In this document: piece after piece, positions 57,942 through 64,000 of the stretch
How positions within the stretch are numbered: the stretch's first letter is position 1
How the letters are laid out: every line of letters starts with the position of its first letter
Assembly: GCA_963832745.1 (NCBI GenBank)
Contig: CAWHVC010000005.1
Coordinates: 416,001 to 480,000, forward strand
Length of the DNA stretch: 64,000 nt
From: Candidatus Bathyarchaeota archaeon
GTDB lineage: Archaea; Thermoproteota; Bathyarchaeia; Bathyarchaeales; Bathycorpusculaceae
Direction of reading: 5' to 3'
Program-made: the position numbers and the translations under genes
The notes under the pieces: model-generated
Told to the model about the DNA's origin: nothing
Database searches by the model: none
The model's input: only the letters and a program-made list of their open reading frames with translations

Positions 57942-58226
57942 ATGGTTGAAATGAAAATTGACGCTAACGAAATCAAAGGCAAAAACGGTATGGTTCAAAA
58001 ATACGCTGACTTCCTTAAAGAAAAAACCAGCGCAGACGTAAGCACCGACTCAAACACTATCACAGTCAAAGGTGAAGGACCAGCAGTAGCTAAAAAATAT
58101 CTACGCATCCTGACTAAAAAGTTCCTACACAAATACGAATTAATCGACACTTACCGTGTAATTGCTGATGAAGGCGAAAACGCTCTACAAATTAAAGAAC
58201 GCAAACTATACGAAGAAGAAGATTAA
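57942..58226 (+). CDS. rpl22e: Ribosomal protein eL22 (L22e)
   Basis: FLKEK...ITV...KKYLRILTKKFLHK..L.D..RVIA matches the eukaryotic L22e signature; SD GAGGTGA. Confidence 0.8.
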   Translation: MVEMKIDANEIKGKNGMVQKYADFLKEKTSADVSTDSNTITVKGEGPAVAKKYLRILTKKFLHKYELIDTYRVIADEGENALQIKERKLYEEED

Positions 58227-58282
58227 ACACTTCTTTACCCTTTTAATACATTTTATAAAATTGAAACATTTTCCACATACCA

Positions 58283-59314
58283 TTAAAGTAGTGTTTGGAA
58301 AAGGTTCAACGGATACGTTGGCAAGGCGGGTCCAAGAAAAATTTCAGTGTCCTCAACACCATTAATTTTACGCATGTTTTCTTTAAATTTAAAAAGCTCT
58401 TGAAATTCCTGCAGGCTCAAAATTAAAGCCAAATCGTAAGGTCCAATTAGCCGCGTTGCAGCAAGCATGTTTGGCATGCACAAGACTTGATTGTAGATTT
58501 CTTGCACCTTACTTTTGTTGGCAACTTTTACAAAAGCAAAAGCGTGCGCGTTGTAACCCAACTTTTTAAGGTTAACAGTTACCGTTGAAAGCGTTAACAC
58601 GGTTCCCCTCAAACGCCTGTATCGTTGAATCACGTTTTTAGTCGAAATCCCAGTTTGTTCAGCAATTTTACGAAAAGTAGTTCTTGAATGCTGGGATAAT
58701 ATTTTCGCTATTTTGCGGTCCAATTCGTCCATTTCAACAGGAAGTTTAGTAGCGGGCACATTGTGTGGGGTGCTGGTTTGCTTTTTTTCGACGCCGTTGT
58801 TAAAGTTGATTACCAAGTTTTCTGGGTGGTCTGTGTTTGCAACTTCAGCCCAAATCATGGCGTCAACCTGCTTGATTAACTCGTTAGACTCTAAATCCTC
58901 CAAGATAGCGGCAAGTTCCTGCATGTCAACTAATGCCACTTTTGCCCTGATGTTATATTTTCCATAAACCCTGATTACATATTGAATGTATGTTCTGCTT
59001 TCAAGAAAAGACAATACTTTTTTTTCATCTTCAATGTTTGACAAAATTCCTATGTCACTTATGCATTTGTAGCCTAAGCTCTGAGGATTAACCTGCATTA
59101 TTTCACCGTTGATTACCCCTATCCGCCATAGTTTTTTGTACCGCATTCTAACGGCACCGACGGTGATGTTGCAGATTTTGGACAAATCTGTAAAGCTTGT
59201 CCTTGATTCCTTTAAAAGCTGGCGCAGGATCTTTGCGTCAGTTTCATCTATTCTAAGCCTCTCAGTCAAATTAATTACCTTTAAATTGTATTTCTTTGGG
59301 GCTTTTTGGAACAA
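58283..59314 (-). CDS. Lrp/AsnC-family regulator with two tandem HTH-RAM units
   Basis: IDETDAKILRQL..SRTSFTDL; second MDELDRKIAKIL..SRTTFRKIA. Confidence 0.9.
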   Translation of the reverse strand: MFQKAPKKYNLKVINLTERLRIDETDAKILRQLLKESRTSFTDLSKICNITVGAVRMRYKKLWRIGVINGEIMQVNPQSLGYKCISDIGILSNIEDEKKVLSFLESRTYIQYVIRVYGKYNIRAKVALVDMQELAAILEDLESNELIKQVDAMIWAEVANTDHPENLVINFNNGVEKKQTSTPHNVPATKLPVEMDELDRKIAKILSQHSRTTFRKIAEQTGISTKNVIQRYRRLRGTVLTLSTVTVNLKKLGYNAHAFAFVKVANKSKVQEIYNQVLCMPNMLAATRLIGPYDLALILSLQEFQELFKFKENMRKINGVEDTEIFLGPALPTYPLNLFQTLL

Positions 59315-59515
59315 CTGATTATTGTTCCATTATTACTTTTTATTTAAACAACTATCTACTGTTACTGTTTTTAAAACTTGCTAAAAGGTTATATGGCGAT
59401 TATTAAAAAAGCGACAAAAACCCTTTTTTATGTACATGGTGTAGACAGAAAAGCAAGAAAAAATAAAATAATTATCAAATTAGCGAATATTTTATATTAA
59501 AAAAATAGATGCCGC

Positions 59516-60502
59516 TTAAAGAAGCGGATAAAAGACATTCAAAGGTTGCGCCTTAAACACTGGACTGATATAAGTGTCAACGCTTTCTATGTACTGAATT
59601 TTACGCATCTGGTCCATAAGATTAAACTCGTCATTAAAGTCTTCTAAAACATTGATAATCATCAAGTCATAAACTCCAATCAACCGGATAAGCACAATCG
59701 TGTTAGGCAATTTAAGAATCTGTGAATAAACCTCAGGCATCTTACTGCGATTAGACACTTTAATGAAATTATGCACCATAGCAGTATATCCAAGTTTAGT
59801 TAAATCCAAAGTGATGGTGGAAAGCCCCAGAAGATTCCCTTCAAGCTTTTTGAACCGTTGAATAGTGTTTTTAGTGGAAATACCCAACTGTTCAGCTATT
59901 TTCTTAAAAGGCATCCGTGAATTACCGGAAAGTATCTTGGCTATTTGACGGTCTCGCTCATCAAGAACTACTTCCTCATTGCTGATGGGAGGCATTTTTT
60001 TGAAGAGTATACTGTCTTCAGTAACGTTTGGCATAGGCTTGATAATTAGGTTTTCGCAGTGATCCATGTCGTTGGCGTTAGCCCAAATCATAGGGTCAAC
60101 ATGTTTAATGTAAATGTTTGATTCTAAGTCTTCGATTATTGTGGTTAAATCTTTGAGGTCTTTTAAGGCAACTTTTATTGCAATATTATATTTGCCGAAC
60201 ATTCCAAAGGTATGCATGATGTAAGGTCGAGTTTTTAAGAATTCAATTACGGTTTTCTCGTTTTCTATAGCAGTTAGGATGCCTATGTCGGCTATACACT
60301 TGTAACCTAAACTATTGGGGTTTACTTGCATTATTTGGCCGTTGATTATGCCGGCTTTTATCATGTTTTTGTAACGCATTCGGACGGCGCCGATAGTGAT
60401 TTTACATTCTTTAGCTATGTCTGTGAAACTTGTCCGTGAGTTCATTAGCAAAATTTTGAGTATTTTCGAGTCAATTTGGTCTATTTTTTTTCGAGGCTGC
60501 AT
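59516..60502 (-). CDS. Lrp/AsnC-family regulator with two tandem HTH-RAM units (paralog)
   Basis: Same architecture; shares GAVRMRYK, QVNP.SLGYKCI.DIGI. Confidence 0.9.
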   Translation of the reverse strand: MQPRKKIDQIDSKILKILLMNSRTSFTDIAKECKITIGAVRMRYKNMIKAGIINGQIMQVNPNSLGYKCIADIGILTAIENEKTVIEFLKTRPYIMHTFGMFGKYNIAIKVALKDLKDLTTIIEDLESNIYIKHVDPMIWANANDMDHCENLIIKPMPNVTEDSILFKKMPPISNEEVVLDERDRQIAKILSGNSRMPFKKIAEQLGISTKNTIQRFKKLEGNLLGLSTITLDLTKLGYTAMVHNFIKVSNRSKMPEVYSQILKLPNTIVLIRLIGVYDLMIINVLEDFNDEFNLMDQMRKIQYIESVDTYISPVFKAQPLNVFYPLL

Positions 60503-61108
60503 TAACCAACTCTTGACATACTCCTTTATTAATTTAACACTTTCTCAACCCATCATATCGGAAACACATTATACAATCAATAATCAATATTTTTCATAAA
60601 AAGTACCTGAGCAGCATTAACTTGAAAAAAATTAGGCCTAAGCTCTCACAACCCCCTTTTTGTAAAAAAAGAAATAGTTAAAAAAACAAAAAATAATTAA
60701 CAAAAACAAATCAAATAAAACATAACAACATAACAAATTCACCATAAATACTAACTCCGCCATTTTTCTGGATTGATAATGCAAGCACATACCATCTGAC
60801 CAAACCTAAAAGCCCGATTCACCAGCAACCAATCTAACCCAAATACTCATCAAAGTTTACTATGCAGCCTCAACAGTTCCCACCACATTGCAGCAGCAGT
60901 TAAGTCTACGCTTAGAAGACATCTACGATTTGGGAAAAAATACATATCTAACCTTTCTTTTTTGGGTTGCTGGAAACAGGCTGAATAGGCTCGAACGATA
61001 CTGCTTAAGCGATTGTAGTAGCGTACGTAAAATTGCAATCTCTCCTTAATTTACCAAGCCTCAGCAAACTCTTTCCAAAACCATCTTCAAATATTTTTTC
61101 TTATCAAC

Positions 61109-61936
61109 CTATAATGGTTGCTCAGACGCTTTTTTCCATAAATTTTCAAAATAAATTTTGCCCATCAAAATAATTGAATCATTACTTGACCACAACATTG
61201 GTGAACCAGATGGCCCCATATCAGGAGACGTTAATAGAAGCACTTCACGGTCATCATAAAGACTCATTAAAGCTGAAGACCCCGCCGGTATGTACTTGAA
61301 CTCTGAGCCGTTGTGATCCAGAATTTTTAGGGCTTCTTGATGTTCAGGAGGCAATTTTACGTTTTTTGGCGTCTCAACAATTAATCGATACTTCACGTTT
61401 CTGTCAACAGCTTTTTTTGTGTGAGTATTGAAATTGGATTTTAACAGGAACTTGTAGTGTTGCCATGAACTTATAACGTCAATGCTGACTTGTGCTTTTT
61501 GAATTAATTCTTTTCTTTTCTGCAGGGCTATTTCGGTTGCTGGAATCAAGAAAATGCTAGATTCTGCTTCAGGAAATTTTGTGTTAAAAGAGTGACTTTG
61601 TTCTACTTTATGAATCCATTTTTCTGTCTTTTCAGGGGCTTGTTTTGCTTTTTGTTCCGTCAGCAAAGAGATTGATTTCTTTAGTGGAATTGCCTCGAAA
61701 ATTTCTGGGTTTGTTAAGGTTTTTTTGATAATCTTTAATTTTTGAAAATCTGCTAATATACTTTTAACATCTGTGGAAGAAACGTTTGAGTGCTTAGCTA
61801 ATGTTTTAGCGTCTAAGCTTCCAAACTTGATTAACGTAAGGTAAACTCTTGCTTCGATAGGGCTGAAACCCAGTAGTCTCAAAGTTTCCTCGAGTAGCAC
61901 CATCATTTTTCTCCTATGCAGGAACAAAATAGTCAC
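61109..61936 (-). CDS. TrmB-family transcriptional regulator
   Basis: LRLLGFSPIEARVYLTL...FEAIP...MSLYDDREVLL...YFENLW. Confidence 0.88.
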   Translation of the reverse strand: MTILFLHRRKMMVLLEETLRLLGFSPIEARVYLTLIKFGSLDAKTLAKHSNVSSTDVKSILADFQKLKIIKKTLTNPEIFEAIPLKKSISLLTEQKAKQAPEKTEKWIHKVEQSHSFNTKFPEAESSIFLIPATEIALQKRKELIQKAQVSIDVISSWQHYKFLLKSNFNTHTKKAVDRNVKYRLIVETPKNVKLPPEHQEALKILDHNGSEFKYIPAGSSALMSLYDDREVLLLTSPDMGPSGSPMLWSSNDSIILMGKIYFENLWKKASEQPL

Positions 61937-62130
61937 GTTAAAAAGCTTTTAAGCCTTACTATAAACAGAATCAAGCCAACAACTTGTAAAATGTTTCTTT
62001 TACGATTAAATTTTAATCAAAACTAAAAACAGTTATTAATTAAAAGCAAGTGTACGGGAATGGACAAGGCTTTGATTTTTTGCTTTTATCCGCTATACTC
62101 GGATCTGGGAAATTAACTTTTTAAAATTTT

Positions 62131-62952
62131 TTAGGGTGGCTGAATGTACGCTGTTTTCCAAAGACTGTCAAAGTAACTGTTGCCAATTGAAACAATAGAA
62201 TCATTATTTGACCACAAAACTGGTGAGACAAACGGGCCCTCATTAGGAGACATCATTAAAAGCATTTCACGGTTATCATATAGGCTCATTATCGCCGAGG
62301 GTTCAGCCAATGTATATCTTAAAGTCGAGTTGTTTTTTTCCAAAATTTTCAGTGCCTCATGATGTTCACAGGGCAGTCTTGCTTTTTTTGGAGTTTCAAG
62401 AATTATCCTGTATTTTACGTTTCTTTTAATTGCGATTTTTGTCTGCTCATTAAAATTTGAGTTTAGCAAATACTTGTAATGTTGCCATGAGCTAATAACA
62501 TCAATTTTGAATTGAGCTTTCTGGATTAGTTCCTTTCGTTTTTCAAGTGCTGCCTTAGTGGCTGGAATTAGGAACAGGTTATTTTGAGTTTCTGGAAAGT
62601 TAGTGTTCAAATATTGTTTTTGTTGTAATTCCATGATGAGTATTTTGGTTTTTTTCTGGGTCTGTTTTACTTCTTTTACTTTATGCTCCATCAGTGTGGA
62701 GAGTGAATGTTTTATTGGAGTGGCCTCAAACATTACGGGATTTGTTATTATTTTTTGGGCTATTCCTAACTTTTGAAAGTTGTTCATGATTCTATAAATG
62801 TCTGGCCGGGCAACGTTTGAGTATTTTGCCAAGGTTTTAGCGCTTAATCTACCCGATTTAACCAGAGTTAGGTAGACGCGTGCTTGGATAGGACTGAATC
62901 CCAGTAGCTTTAAGGTTTGCTCTTTTTCCTGTGCCACTGTTGATTTCTCCAT
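62131..62952 (-). CDS. TrmB-family transcriptional regulator (tandem paralog)
   Basis: LKLLGFSPIQARVYLTL...VARPDIYR...FEATP...YFDSLW. Confidence 0.9.
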   Translation of the reverse strand: MEKSTVAQEKEQTLKLLGFSPIQARVYLTLVKSGRLSAKTLAKYSNVARPDIYRIMNNFQKLGIAQKIITNPVMFEATPIKHSLSTLMEHKVKEVKQTQKKTKILIMELQQKQYLNTNFPETQNNLFLIPATKAALEKRKELIQKAQFKIDVISSWQHYKYLLNSNFNEQTKIAIKRNVKYRIILETPKKARLPCEHHEALKILEKNNSTLRYTLAEPSAIMSLYDNREMLLMMSPNEGPFVSPVLWSNNDSIVSIGNSYFDSLWKTAYIQPP

Positions 62953-63076
62953 TTTGAACAGTTTTTATTTAGTTTTGAAATACTTTTAAGCTTTTCTTGT
63001 AAGTGGAGCAATCACTAACAACTTTTTATATAATTTTTTCAAACATTAAGAAGTCACACAATCAGGAGAAACAAAA

Positions 63077-64000
63077 ATGAACAAAACAATGATAAAAAAC
63101 AAAACCACCGCAATCTTCTTTGCAATTCTTATGATTACTTCGACAATATTACTTACAAATACACCCGCAAACGCTCAATCACAACCCACTCAACCAGTAA
63201 CAGGATCATTACCCAACGGAATCACCCCTGACGCGACAGCTAACGTCAGAGCATTTCTCAGTTTTAGACCAAATCCAGTCGGCGTTGGTCAAACAATCCT
63301 TATCAATATGTGGACTTCCGTAGCGGTCGGAGCTGGAAGAATGCATCATGACTACACATTAACAATCACAGACCCAAATGGTGCTCAGGAGATAAAAAAA
63401 TTTGATACTTACCCTAACGATGGAACTGCATGGTACGAAATGACAGTAGACACACCTGGAACATGGAAATTCAAGTTTGATTTCATTGGAACCTATTTCC
63501 CTGCGGGCTATTATATTGATGGCTACATGGTTAACGCTACCACGGGCGGCACAAACTATTCAGAATCCTGCTATTACCCTCCGGCATCAACTCAGGAACA
63601 AACACTTACTGTGCAAGAAGACATTGTTGCTTCTTGGCCTCCGGCACAGCTACCAACCGATTATTGGACAAGACCAGTATCCATGATGAACAGAGAATGG
63701 TGGCCAATTTTAGGCAATTACCCATGGCCATATGGAAACGATAACTATGACTACGCAGGTCCTTATGTTATTTCACCCAACACTGCACACGTTGCATGGA
63801 AAAGACAAGGCGGAATCTATGGCTTAATCGGCGGTGATTTAGGCACAATGTCTAGCTATCAGGGAGGCATCGGAGGAGTCGCTGCTGGGTCACCAACAAT
63901 TATCTATATGGGTCGAGGTTACCAGACATTTAGCAAACCTGGCGTAGGCTCATTAGCACAGTGTTATGATATACGTACAGGCGAGATATTCTACGAAATA
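63077..64000 (+). CDS. PQQ-like beta-propeller surface protein paralog, N-terminal part (runs off window end)
   Basis: Open frame MNKTMIKNKTTAIFFAILMITS...FRPNPVGVGQTIL...PTDYWTRPV...NREW...HVAWK, parallel to the 39127 protein. Confidence 0.85.
   Translation, partial: MNKTMIKNKTTAIFFAILMITSTILLTNTPANAQSQPTQPVTGSLPNGITPDATANVRAFLSFRPNPVGVGQTILINMWTSVAVGAGRMHHDYTLTITDPNGAQEIKKFDTYPNDGTAWYEMTVDTPGTWKFKFDFIGTYFPAGYYIDGYMVNATTGGTNYSESCYYPPASTQEQTLTVQEDIVASWPPAQLPTDYWTRPVSMMNREWWPILGNYPWPYGNDNYDYAGPYVISPNTAHVAWKRQGGIYGLIGGDLGTMSSYQGGIGGVAAGSPTIIYMGRGYQTFSKPGVGSLAQCYDIRTGEIFYEI

Noticed and set aside
60600-61060. Small ORF or pseudogene between the Lrp and TrmB genes
   Set aside because: No recognisable motif, and it is interrupted by stops.
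1-64000. CRISPR array, rRNA or intact transposase; the many short ORFs overlapping long genes
   Set aside because: No regularly spaced repeats, rRNA or transposase motifs seen; the overlapping short ORFs are shadow frames of well-supported genes.

Overview
Archaeal chromosome segment. Gene content (eL22, TackOD1, expanded PQQ-like beta-propellers, double-Lrp/TrmB regulators, MEDS/PAS kinases, archaeal tRNAs) suggests Ca. Bathyarchaeia; this is an inference. Core-type genes include a cobN-chlD chelatase/ABC uptake operon, lhr, leuS, metY-metX-metW, queT-queC, two orphan histidine kinases and tRNA-Ile(GAT). A tRNA-Arg(TCG) at 37129-37204 is flanked by two decayed integrated elements. The first is a 5.5-kb element bounded by a perfect 20-bp repeat of the tRNA 5' end, carrying a broken integrase, a DUF6036 nucleotidyltransferase pair and an HK97-like protein. 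The second is a ~10-kb provirus-like relic ending at a degenerate copy of the tRNA 3' end. The strongest unannotated signals are: (1) an SD-sequestering pseudoknot leader on queT-queC (candidate archaeal preQ0-type riboswitch); (2) a 16-aa peptide gene with its own TATA and SD between a catalytically degenerate polyprenyl-synthase homolog, an MFS transporter and a radical SAM/SPASM gene (candidate peptide-modification/signalling locus); (3) a four-copy ~55-75-bp repeat always located just downstream of genes; (4) a C/D box sRNA predicted to guide SSU Cm1402. All family calls come from motif recognition by eye; no searches were run.
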